Part shown: in pieces, positions 19,398 to 28,070 of the stretch
How positions within the stretch are numbered: position 1 is the first letter of the stretch
Layout: every line of letters starts with the position of its first letter
Assembly: GCA_036336835.1 (NCBI GenBank)
Contig: JAYZFK010000024.1
Coordinates: 11,687-75,686 of the forward strand
Reading direction: 5' to 3'
From: Myxococcota bacterium
GTDB taxonomy: Bacteria > Myxococcota_A > UBA9160 > UBA4427
Length of the DNA stretch: 64,000 bases
The notes under the pieces: model-generated
Seen by the model: only the letters and a program-made list of their open reading frames with translations
Database searches by the model: none
Told to the model about the DNA's origin: nothing
Made by a program: the position numbers and the translations under genes

Positions 19398-19658
19398 GGC
19401 CGCAGAATAGCGCCCACCGGGCTCGCTCCGGGCGCGCTCGGCGCCGAGCCCGGGACGGCGCGGAGCGCAGCGGAATCAGCGCAGCCAGCCGGCTCATGCC
19501 GGCCGGAAAGAGTGTCGTAAGTAACCGATTCAAATAAATTTTCTCATTATCGGAGCCGCTTTCCCGACCTGGCAGGCAAGCTCCCAGGCTGCACCAGGGC
19601 GCGAGATCACAGCGGACGTGCAACCATCCCGGCGACCCACCCCCCTTTGGAGAGCCGC

Positions 19659-20000
19659 ATGTTCGCTGCCACTTCACTGCGGAGCATCGCCGCGGCGGGG
19701 GCTGTTGCGCTGTCGCTCGCGGTTCCGGCACCCGCGCGGGGCGAGGAAGCCACCACGACGGGCGATTCGATGGTCGGCATCGCCTCGGCCGTCTGCACCC
19801 TGTTCTACACGCCGGTCAAGATGGTCTACGCGACCGGTGGCGTAGGCGTCGGGACCCTGGTCTGGCTGTTCAGCGCCGGGGACGCCGACTCGATGAACGC
19901 CGTGTTCAAGGCCGCGGGCGGCGGCGACTTCGTCGTCACCGAAGAGCACCTGCGCGGTCTCCGAGTGCTGCGCTTCTCGGGCCAGTCCAAGCGGACCTAG
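19659..20000 (+). CDS. Hypothetical exported/membrane protein
   Basis: GGAG SD, signal peptide APARG, hydrophobic segments. Confidence 0.65.
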   Translation: MFAATSLRSIAAAGAVALSLAVPAPARGEEATTTGDSMVGIASAVCTLFYTPVKMVYATGGVGVGTLVWLFSAGDADSMNAVFKAAGGGDFVVTEEHLRGLRVLRFSGQSKRT

Positions 20001-20605
20001 CCGTCCCGCCGGCCCCGGACCCCGAGAGACCGGGGCAGTGCCGACCCGGCATCGAGCAGCGCACGGGCCTTGCGCGCCAGGCGCAGCAGGCTCTCGTCGG
20101 CTGTCTCGTGGTCGACGGCGTGCCATTCGAACCAGCGGAGATCGGTCGACTCCTCGCTGATCGCGAGTACCTGTCCCGCCCGCGCGCGGAGCAGGAAGCG
20201 CACGTCGTGGTGCTCGTGCTCGGGCTCGCCCCCGTGGGGCGGAATCGTGTGGATGTCGACGTCGACCACCGGACAGCCGTCTTCGGGCACCACGAACTCG
20301 AACTCACGCATCCCCGACTCCTCGCGGGCCTCGCGCAGGGCGACTGCGGCGACATCGGGGTCTCCGTCTGCGTGACCGCCGAGCTGGAGCCAGCGGCCGA
20401 GCTTGCGGTGGTGGGTGAGCAGGCAGCGCTGCCCGTCCTCGGTCACGATCCAGCTCGACGCGGTGATGTGGCCCGGTAGACAGCGCCGCCCGAAACAGCC
20501 TGCGTGCGCCTCGACGAGGTCGCGAACGCGACCCACCTCGCCGGCCTCTTCAGGGTGCCGCTCCAGATAGTGGCCAAGCAGCGCGAGCAGCGGGCGGCGA
20601 TGCAT
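19997..20605 (-). CDS. NUDIX hydrolase
   Basis: GHITAS, HHRKLGRWLQLGGHADG, REAREESG, HEHHDVRF. Confidence 0.92.
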   Translation of the reverse strand: MHRRPLLALLGHYLERHPEEAGEVGRVRDLVEAHAGCFGRRCLPGHITASSWIVTEDGQRCLLTHHRKLGRWLQLGGHADGDPDVAAVALREAREESGMREFEFVVPEDGCPVVDVDIHTIPPHGGEPEHEHHDVRFLLRARAGQVLAISEESTDLRWFEWHAVDHETADESLLRLARKARALLDAGSALPRSLGVRGRRDG

Positions 20606-20624
20606 CGGCGCAGGCTAGCTTCGG

Positions 20625-23579
20625 ATGGTGGCGGAGTCTGGCACCAGCACCCTGCGGGAGCTCGCCGAGCGAGCGCCGAGCTGCCACCGGGAGCTCGTCC
20701 GGGTGCTCGCGGCGGGACCCGAGCCGGAGCGCGCGGTCGGACGCGCGGAACGCATCCTGGCCGAGGCGCGCGGTACCGCGGACGGGACCGAGCGCGAAGC
20801 CGCCTTCGTGCGCGTGCTGGCGGCGACCTGCGCAACGGCGCCGTTCCTGGCCAGCTGGCTGACGCGGAACCCGGACTGGCTGTCGGCGCTCGCGGCCGAG
20901 GACTACGCCGGACCGCGGTTGCCCGAGCAGCTCGCAGAGCGGCTCGCAGCGGCCCGGAACGCCGCCGCAACCGACGATCCGAGCGTCTGGCTGCGCCGCT
21001 TCAAGTACTACGAGCTGGCCCGTATCACGGTCCGCGATACCTGGCCCGAGCGGCTCCCGCTCGAACGCAGCGCCGAGACCCTGACCGAGCTGTCTGCACT
21101 CGCCGACGCGCTCCTGGCCGAGGCCGAGCGTGGCGCGCGCCGCGGGATCGAGGCGAGTCTCGGGGCCCCCCGCTTCCGCGACGCGGCGGGCCGGGAGCGC
21201 GAACTCGGCTTCTGCGTCCTCGGGCTCGGCAAGCTCGGCTCGGCCGAGCTCAACTACTCGTCGGACGTCGATCTCGTTTACGTCTACGAGTCTCCGCCCG
21301 ACGGCGTCGCGCACAGCGGCCCGAGCGGGGTGTCGCCGGTCGAATACTTCTCGCGGCTCGCGCAGCGGTTTGGCGCGATCGTCACGGACCACAGCGACGA
21401 GGGCTTCCTGTACCGCATCGACCTCGACCTGCGGCCCGAGGGCGCGCAGTCGCCGATCGTGGTCTCGCGCGCCGCGCTCGCCGGCTACTACGAGGGCTGG
21501 GCCGACACCTGGGAGAAGGCCGCCTTCATGAAGGCGCGACCGGTGGCCGGCGACCTCGAGCTCGGCTGGCGCTGCATTCGCGACCTGGCACCCATGATCT
21601 ACCGCTCGTCGATGGACTTCGAGGGTGTGCGCGGCATCCGCCGGCTCAAGGATCGGATCGAGGCGGAGCATGGAATCGAGACGGCGGGCTTCGACGTCAA
21701 GATTGGTGCGGGCGGCATCCGCGACGTCGAGTTCGTGAGCCAGGCCCTCCAGCTGCTGCACGGCGGGCGGATGCCTCAGCTGCGCGAGCGCTCGACCCTG
21801 CGCACGCTCGAGCAGCTCTCGGCACTCGGACTGCTCAGCGACCGCGCGCAGCAGGATCTGACGACGTCGTACCGCTTCCTGCGACGGATCGAGAACCGGC
21901 TGCAGATGGAGCACGAGCAGCAGACGCACCGGGTGTCGGTCGCGGACGAGGCCCGCGAGCGATTGGCGCGCGCCGCCGGCTACACCGGGACGGCCGACAG
22001 CGCGCTCGCGAGGTTCGACCGGGACCTCGCCGCGCACCGCGAACGCACGCGCTCGATCTTCGCGGGTCTGCTGCCCGAAGCGCCTGGCGAGCGCGCACTC
22101 GACCTGTTCGTGCGGGGCGCGCCGAGCCTGGTCGCGCTGCCGACGACTCGGGGCATGATCGAGGAGCTCGCCGAGCACTTTGGCGGCGCCCTCGAGACCG
22201 CAACCAGCCCGGAACGAGCGCTCAACAACCTCGCCCGCTTCGCCGAGGTCATCGGCGGCCATCGGTCGTACTACCAGCTGTTGCTCGATCGTCCCGAGCT
22301 GGTCGACCGCCTGGTCGCCCTGTTCGACAGTTCGAACTACCTCTCGGGGCTCCTGTCGGCGAACCCCAGACTGATCGAGCCGGTGTTCTCGGACCCGAGC
22401 GTGCTGCTGCTCGGACGCGCCGAGCTCGAGCGCGACCTGGCGGCCCTGCGAAGCGAGCGGGTCGAGGCCCTCGGCGACGAACAGGGCGGGCTCGACGCGC
22501 TGCGCGGCTTCCAACGCCGACAGGTGATCAACGTCGGGCTGCTCGACGTCTCGGGCCGCGCGAGCCCGGTCGAGGTCGCGACCGCCCTGACCGAGATCGC
22601 CGAGGTCTGCGCGTGCGGCGCGCTCGAGCTCGCGGAGTCCCAGCTCGCGACGCGACGTGCTCGCCTGGCCGCCGCCGATTCCCTGTGCTTCCTGATCGTC
22701 GGCATGGGCAAGCTCGGCTCTCGCGAGCTCGGCTACGGCAGCGATCTCGACGTGATCTTTCTCTACGACACCGCGGGCAGCGCGCCCGCGGCGCGCATGG
22801 AGGCGGCTGAGCACGCGGTGCGGCTGGCCCAGCGCTGGATCGGCGCGCTGCAGACGACGACTGGCGAGGGCAGCTGCTACGAGATCGATGCGCGACTTCG
22901 CCCGTCCGGAAACCAGGGCGTACTCGTGACCTCGCTGCAGGGCTTCGGCGACTATCATCGTGGCGAAGCACAGCGCGCCCAGGTCTGGGAACGCCAGGCA
23001 CTGCTGCGCGCTCGGCCGATCGCCGGCGATCCGGAGTTGATGCAACGCTTCGACACGATGCGGCGAGAGGTACTTGGTCGGCCGCTCGACGCCTCGACCC
23101 GCGACGAGATCCACCGCGTCCGAATGCGCATGGAAGAGGAGCTGGCGCGCGAGGGGCAGAGCCGTCGCGACTTCAAGACCGGACGCGGGGGTGTGCTCGA
23201 CGTGGAGAGCGTCGTCCAGTACCACCAGCTGATGGCCGCGGAGACGCACCCCGAGCTGTGCGACACACTGCCGCTGCCCGATCAGCTGGAACGACTCGAG
23301 GCGCTGGGCCTGCTCGCGCCCAGCCACGCCGACACGTTGAGGCGCGGCTGGGCCTTCCTGAGCGAGCTGAGCCGGCGGCTGCGCATCGTCGAGAACCGGT
23401 CCATCTCGGACCTCGATTCCGAGCGGGGCGACCTCGAAGGAATCGCCCTGCGCATGGGGCACCCGCCGAGCCGTCGCGACGGCGGCCCGCGACGCGCGCT
23501 GCTGGCCCGGTATCGCCGCCACACCGAAGCGATCCGGCAGGTCTACCTCGCGACGTTCGCCCCCCGCGCGATGCGCTAG
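20625..23579 (+). CDS. glnE: Bifunctional glutamine synthetase adenylyltransferase/adenylyl-removing enzyme (start possibly GTG 20628)
   Basis: Two NT domains: LGKLGSAELNYSSDVD and MGKLGSRELGYGSDLD; DLRPEG, RLRPSG, WERQALLRAR. Confidence 0.95.
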   Translation: MVAESGTSTLRELAERAPSCHRELVRVLAAGPEPERAVGRAERILAEARGTADGTEREAAFVRVLAATCATAPFLASWLTRNPDWLSALAAEDYAGPRLPEQLAERLAAARNAAATDDPSVWLRRFKYYELARITVRDTWPERLPLERSAETLTELSALADALLAEAERGARRGIEASLGAPRFRDAAGRERELGFCVLGLGKLGSAELNYSSDVDLVYVYESPPDGVAHSGPSGVSPVEYFSRLAQRFGAIVTDHSDEGFLYRIDLDLRPEGAQSPIVVSRAALAGYYEGWADTWEKAAFMKARPVAGDLELGWRCIRDLAPMIYRSSMDFEGVRGIRRLKDRIEAEHGIETAGFDVKIGAGGIRDVEFVSQALQLLHGGRMPQLRERSTLRTLEQLSALGLLSDRAQQDLTTSYRFLRRIENRLQMEHEQQTHRVSVADEARERLARAAGYTGTADSALARFDRDLAAHRERTRSIFAGLLPEAPGERALDLFVRGAPSLVALPTTRGMIEELAEHFGGALETATSPERALNNLARFAEVIGGHRSYYQLLLDRPELVDRLVALFDSSNYLSGLLSANPRLIEPVFSDPSVLLLGRAELERDLAALRSERVEALGDEQGGLDALRGFQRRQVINVGLLDVSGRASPVEVATALTEIAEVCACGALELAESQLATRRARLAAADSLCFLIVGMGKLGSRELGYGSDLDVIFLYDTAGSAPAARMEAAEHAVRLAQRWIGALQTTTGEGSCYEIDARLRPSGNQGVLVTSLQGFGDYHRGEAQRAQVWERQALLRARPIAGDPELMQRFDTMRREVLGRPLDASTRDEIHRVRMRMEEELAREGQSRRDFKTGRGGVLDVESVVQYHQLMAAETHPELCDTLPLPDQLERLEALGLLAPSHADTLRRGWAFLSELSRRLRIVENRSISDLDSERGDLEGIALRMGHPPSRRDGGPRRALLARYRRHTEAIRQVYLATFAPRAMR

Positions 23580-24964
23580 AACGGCAAGCCGAAGCGCGCG
23601 GTCAGGATGATGTCCTCGTCGGAGAAGCCGACGTCGATGCGGAACGGGGCCTGCCGCTCGAGTGTGAAGCGCAGCCCGACGCCGTAGCTCTGGTGGACCC
23701 TGGCGTGGAACAGGCCCGAGCCGCTCCCGGCCACACTGCCCAGCTCGTACCACGCCGCCAGACCGACGCGTTCGACCCGGAGCGCTCGCGTGAACGGGAT
23801 CGGGAAGCCGCGCGGCAGCACCCAGAAGCGGTACTCGGCGGCGCCCCACCACAGCGAGTCGTCGGTGAAGCGATTGGCGATGAAGCCGCGCATGCGCGAG
23901 TCGCCGCCCAGCGCGTTGAGCCAGAAGAAGGGCAGCTCGCCACTGGTGAGATCGACATCGAGGGCAAACGCGAGTGTGTCGGTCGGCGGATGCTCCTCAT
24001 CGCCGACAGCGCCGCGGTGAAACAGCCCAGGCAGCGGGAGCACGAAGCGGCCGAAACTGGCATAGCGAACGCCGACGTCTCCGCCGTTCTGCAGCAAAGC
24101 CGCCTCGATCAGCGTTCCCAGCATCCAGCCCCGATACGGATTCGCCTGACTGTCGCGCGTGTCATAGCGCACGCCCCAGTAGAGCCAACCGAGGTTGGAA
24201 TGCTCGGCCTCGGCAAACTCGGACAGCGCCGCTGGAGAGCTGAACAACGGGTCGTTCATCGAGGGAAAGCGCTTGCCGCTGCCGAGCTCGTGGAACTCGC
24301 CGCGAATGCCGCCCGCCAGGATCAGGTCGTCGCCGGCCTCGGGCCACGACAGCTCCATCGCCAGGTCGACCTCGAAGAATTCGTCGGTGTAGCTCGTCTC
24401 GTCGAACTCCGTGGTATCGGGACCCAGGCCGAAGAAGCGAACCGTCCGAGCCTTGTGGTAGCCGAGCCGGGCGCGGACGCGGCTGCGCTCCTCCTGGAAG
24501 ACCCCGCCGCCTTCCCGGTCGCGGTGGTTGAGCCAGCGCTGCCAGATCATCGAGTAGCTCTGCTCGCCCTCGGTCGAATAGGAGAGGAAGATGCCGGCGA
24601 ACTCGCGCCTCCGTTGCTGTCGGAAGTCGATGTCGGTGATCGCGATGCCAAAGCTGGTGCCGACGTCCTTGTCCTGCGCCACGAAGGGCGCGATGAACGA
24701 GGTCACCAGGAAGCGCTCGAACAGGTTGCCGGGCTTGATCCGGCCTTCCGGGATGTAGCGCCAGCGCTCGGGGTGGGGCATGTCCGTAGGACGCACGATG
24801 TTCGGGATCCGGCCGTCCTGATCGATCCCGGCAAACGGGTCGTACTCGGCCGGCGTCTCGGGGGGGAGATTGCCCGCTGGACGAACGGCCTGCTCGGCGC
24901 CGCTCGGCGCCGCCAGCGCGAGCCCGGCCAACGCGATCCCTGCCAGCGTTCGCGATCCGCGCAC
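23576..24964 (-). CDS. BamA/TamA (Omp85) family outer-membrane beta-barrel protein
   Basis: Signal peptide, LGGDSRMRGF..RF, AEYRF, YGVGLRF, C-terminal Phe. Confidence 0.8.
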   Translation of the reverse strand: MRGSRTLAGIALAGLALAAPSGAEQAVRPAGNLPPETPAEYDPFAGIDQDGRIPNIVRPTDMPHPERWRYIPEGRIKPGNLFERFLVTSFIAPFVAQDKDVGTSFGIAITDIDFRQQRRREFAGIFLSYSTEGEQSYSMIWQRWLNHRDREGGGVFQEERSRVRARLGYHKARTVRFFGLGPDTTEFDETSYTDEFFEVDLAMELSWPEAGDDLILAGGIRGEFHELGSGKRFPSMNDPLFSSPAALSEFAEAEHSNLGWLYWGVRYDTRDSQANPYRGWMLGTLIEAALLQNGGDVGVRYASFGRFVLPLPGLFHRGAVGDEEHPPTDTLAFALDVDLTSGELPFFWLNALGGDSRMRGFIANRFTDDSLWWGAAEYRFWVLPRGFPIPFTRALRVERVGLAAWYELGSVAGSGSGLFHARVHQSYGVGLRFTLERQAPFRIDVGFSDEDIILTARFGLPF

Positions 24965-25004
24965 GCCCCCCCCGATCGCGCCGGAGTCTAGCCGAGCGAG
25001 TCGG

Positions 25005-26375
25005 CTACGGCGCCGCCGTGCGCGTGGGCTCCCGCATCGTCACCAGCTCTTCCGCGGCAGTGGGATGAATGCCGATCGTCGCGTCGAACTGCGCCTTGGT
25101 CGCATCACACTTGAGCGCGACGCCGAACCCCTGGATGATCTCACCGGCATCGGGACCGAGCATGTGGACCCCGAGCACGCGATCGGTCTGCGCATCGACG
25201 AGCAGCTTCATGTGCGTCTGCTCGTCGCTTCCAGTGAGCGTGTCCCGAAGCGCCCGGAAGCTCGACGTATAGACGTCGACGCGGTGGCCGCGCCCGAGCG
25301 CCTCGGACTCCGTGAGACCGACCGTGCCGATCGGCGGCTGGCTGAACACCGCGGAGGGGACGTCGCGGTGGTCGGGCGAGGTCGGCTGGCCGCCGTAGAG
25401 GGTGCGCGCCAGGCACATCGCCTCGTGGATCGCGACGGGCGTCAGCTGGATGCGATCGGTCACGTCGCCGATCGCGTAGATGTTCGGCAGCGTGGTGCGC
25501 GAGTACTCGTCGACCTCGATCTCACCGCGGGCGCCGAGCGCGACACCCGCCTTCTCGAGGCCGATGTCGCGCGTGTTCGGGACTCGCCCCGTCGCAAAGA
25601 AGACCTGATCGGTGTCGAGCGTCGAGCCGTCCGTGAGGGTTGCGCGCCGGCGCCCTGCGTGCTCCTCGATCGCCGTGACGTTGGTGTCGAAGCGCAGATC
25701 GATGCCCTTCTGGCGCATCTCCTCGGCCAGCCAGACCCGCACGTCCTGGTCGAAGCCTCGCAGGAACAGGGGGCCGCGATACAGCTGCGTCACGCGGGTC
25801 CCGAGCCCGCGGAATATCCCGGCGAACTCGACGGCGATATAGCCACCGCCGACGATCGTGATGTGCTCGGGCAGCGCCTCGAGATAGAAGGCCTCGTTCG
25901 AGGTGATCGCGAGCTCGCGACCCGGGATGTCGGGCACTCGCGGCCAGCCCCCGGTCGCCACCAGGATCGTCTCGGCGCTGACCAGGCGCTCGCCGACTCG
26001 GACCTCGTGCGGGCCTTCGAGCACGGCGCGCCCCTCGATCAGGCTCACGCCCGCGCTCTCGAGCAGCCTGCGATAGATCCCGTTCAGACGCAGGATCTCG
26101 GTGTCCTTGTTGGCGATCAGCCTCGGCCAGTCGAAGCCGGGCCGGCCAAGCGTCCAGCCGTAGCCGCGCTCGGCCGCCTCGAAATCAGCCGAGAAGTGCG
26201 AGGCGTAGACCAGCAGCTTCTTCGGGATGCAGCCCACGTTGACGCACGTGCCACCGAGCGGCCGGTCCTCGGCGCAGGCCACCCGGGCGCCCAGCGAGGC
26301 ACAGACGCGGCTCGCTCGCACGCCGCCTGAGCCCGCCCCGATCACGAACAGGTCGAAGTCGTAGGTTTCCGACAT
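25005..26375 (-). CDS. gor: Glutathione-disulfide reductase
   Basis: [43 protein letters not shown]. Confidence 0.95.
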   Translation of the reverse strand: MSETYDFDLFVIGAGSGGVRASRVCASLGARVACAEDRPLGGTCVNVGCIPKKLLVYASHFSADFEAAERGYGWTLGRPGFDWPRLIANKDTEILRLNGIYRRLLESAGVSLIEGRAVLEGPHEVRVGERLVSAETILVATGGWPRVPDIPGRELAITSNEAFYLEALPEHITIVGGGYIAVEFAGIFRGLGTRVTQLYRGPLFLRGFDQDVRVWLAEEMRQKGIDLRFDTNVTAIEEHAGRRRATLTDGSTLDTDQVFFATGRVPNTRDIGLEKAGVALGARGEIEVDEYSRTTLPNIYAIGDVTDRIQLTPVAIHEAMCLARTLYGGQPTSPDHRDVPSAVFSQPPIGTVGLTESEALGRGHRVDVYTSSFRALRDTLTGSDEQTHMKLLVDAQTDRVLGVHMLGPDAGEIIQGFGVALKCDATKAQFDATIGIHPTAAEELVTMREPTRTAAP

Positions 26376-26410
26376 GCGCCAGATTCTAGCCGGCGCTATC
26401 TGGTAACTGC

Positions 26411-27295
26411 GTGAGCGATCCGACCCATCGAATTCCGGCCCTGGTCGTCTCGGGCTTCCTCGGCTCCGGCAAGACGTCGCTGGTGCGCTACGTGCTCGAA
26501 TCGGCGCAGCGCGACGGAGTGCGCGTGGCGATCGTGTCGAACGAGATCGGCGAGCTCGGGATCGATCGGGCGCTGCTCGGCGGTGGTGGCGAGGCCTTCG
26601 TCGAGCTCGAGGGCGGCTGCGTGTGCTGCGAGCTCTCCGATGACCTGGTCGACACCATGCAGCGTCTGTACGACGAGGTGCGGCCGGAGCGGATCGTGAT
26701 CGAGACCTCGGGTGCCGCCCTTCCCTTCGACACCACGCTCAACTTCTGGCGCGAGCCCGTCAGCCAGTGGGTGGGAGACGACATGGCGATCGTCGTCGTG
26801 AACGCGGAGCAACTGCGCGAAGGGCGCGACCTCGAGGGCACGTTCGCGGACCAGGTGCACTCGGCCGACCTGCTGGTGCTCAACAAGGTCGACCTGGTGG
26901 CGGCCGACGAGCTCGACGGGCTCGAGACGCGGCTCCGGGCGATCGAGGAGGAGGCGCCGATCGTGCGCGCGGTGCGCGGCAGGATCGAGCTGGGACTGCT
27001 GTTCCCGCCCGACGCGAGCGCGCCCGATCGCAGCGGTCCTGCACCGCAGCGCCCGGAGCATCACCACGAGCACTTCGCGACCGAGATCTGGTCCGTCCCG
27101 CCCGGCACGAGCCGCGAGACGCTCGAGGCGAAGCTCAGCGACAACGCGGCGCTGCTACGCGCGAAGGGCTTCGTCGAGCTCGACGGCCAGCTCTGCCTGG
27201 TGCAGCTGGTCGGGCACCGGCTCGAGATCGAGCCGACCGAGCTGGTCCCCCCCACGGGCGCGCGCGGCAAGCTGGTGCTGATCGAGCGCGCCTAG
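26411..27295 (+). CDS. CobW/COG0523 family metallochaperone GTPase
   Basis: [21 protein letters not shown], His-rich linker, LRAKG. Confidence 0.9.
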   Translation: MSDPTHRIPALVVSGFLGSGKTSLVRYVLESAQRDGVRVAIVSNEIGELGIDRALLGGGGEAFVELEGGCVCCELSDDLVDTMQRLYDEVRPERIVIETSGAALPFDTTLNFWREPVSQWVGDDMAIVVVNAEQLREGRDLEGTFADQVHSADLLVLNKVDLVAADELDGLETRLRAIEEEAPIVRAVRGRIELGLLFPPDASAPDRSGPAPQRPEHHHEHFATEIWSVPPGTSRETLEAKLSDNAALLRAKGFVELDGQLCLVQLVGHRLEIEPTELVPPTGARGKLVLIERA

Positions 27296-27373
27296 CAGGC
27301 GGCGCAAGCGCCCCGGTCGGTATTTCCGCCAATCCGGCCGGCCTCCGCGCGGCGCAGCGAGCCGGGCTCGCCG

Positions 27374-28045
27374 CTACGACCGCCGGGTCGGTGCCTTGCG
27401 CCGGGCCTCTCCGAGGATCCGCTTCTTGCTGGCCGCCCAGCCGCAGATCCGGCAGCTCGCCAGGTCGTGACCGCGCGCCGGGCAGTGCTCGCGGCCGAAG
27501 TAGATGATCTGGAGATGAGCGCGGCCCCAGGACTCGGGCGGGAACAGCTTCTTCAGGTCGTGCTCGGTCCGTTCCACCGACTTGCCACTCGACAGGCCCC
27601 AGCGGGCGGCGAGGCGGTGGATGTGCGTATCGACGGGGAAGGCGGGCAGCCCGAAGGCCTGCGTCATCACCACGCTCGCGGTCTTGTGCCCCACGCCGGG
27701 CAGCGCCTCGAGCTCCTCGAAGGTTCGCGGCACGACCCCGTCGTGCTGATCGACCAGGATCTGCGACAGGCCGCGGATCGCCTTCGACTTCTGGGGCGAC
27801 AAGCCGCAAGGCTTGATGATCGCACGGATCTGCGCCGCGCTGAGCTTCGCCATGGCGAACGGATCGTCGGCCCGGGCGAACAGCTTCGGCGTCACCTGGT
27901 TCACCCGCTCGTCGGTGCACTGCGCCGACAGCAGGACCGCAACGAGCAGCGTGTACGGATCGACGTGTTCGAGCGGGACCGGCGGAAGCGGATACAGCTC
28001 CTCGAGAATCTTCCGGATCCGCTCGGCCTTCTCGGCGCGGGTCAT
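27374..28045 (-). CDS. nth: Endonuclease III
   Basis: LLSAQCTDERVN, HhH LPGVGHKTA, PVDTHIHR, C-terminal Cys cluster. Confidence 0.95.
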   Translation of the reverse strand: MTRAEKAERIRKILEELYPLPPVPLEHVDPYTLLVAVLLSAQCTDERVNQVTPKLFARADDPFAMAKLSAAQIRAIIKPCGLSPQKSKAIRGLSQILVDQHDGVVPRTFEELEALPGVGHKTASVVMTQAFGLPAFPVDTHIHRLAARWGLSSGKSVERTEHDLKKLFPPESWGRAHLQIIYFGREHCPARGHDLASCRICGWAASKKRILGEARRKAPTRRS

Positions 28046-28070
28046 GGCGCGCGACGATACCCTCACCCGC

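Noticed and set aside
19569..19585. Possible sigma54 promoter CTGGCAGGCAAGCTCC
   Set aside because: No GC at the -12 position with GG-N10-GC spacing
20550..23852. 1100-aa minus-strand ORF and similar long antisense ORFs (10974-13361, 59556-63590, 2093-3877)
   Set aside because: Shadow frames opposite well-supported genes, expected in high-GC DNA; no domain motifs
27813..28070. N-terminal extensions given by the ORF track for helicase, GT2, npdG, TetR, enoyl-CoA hydratase, cyclase and others
   Set aside because: They overlap neighbouring real genes; recognisable domains and SD or -10 signals start further downstream
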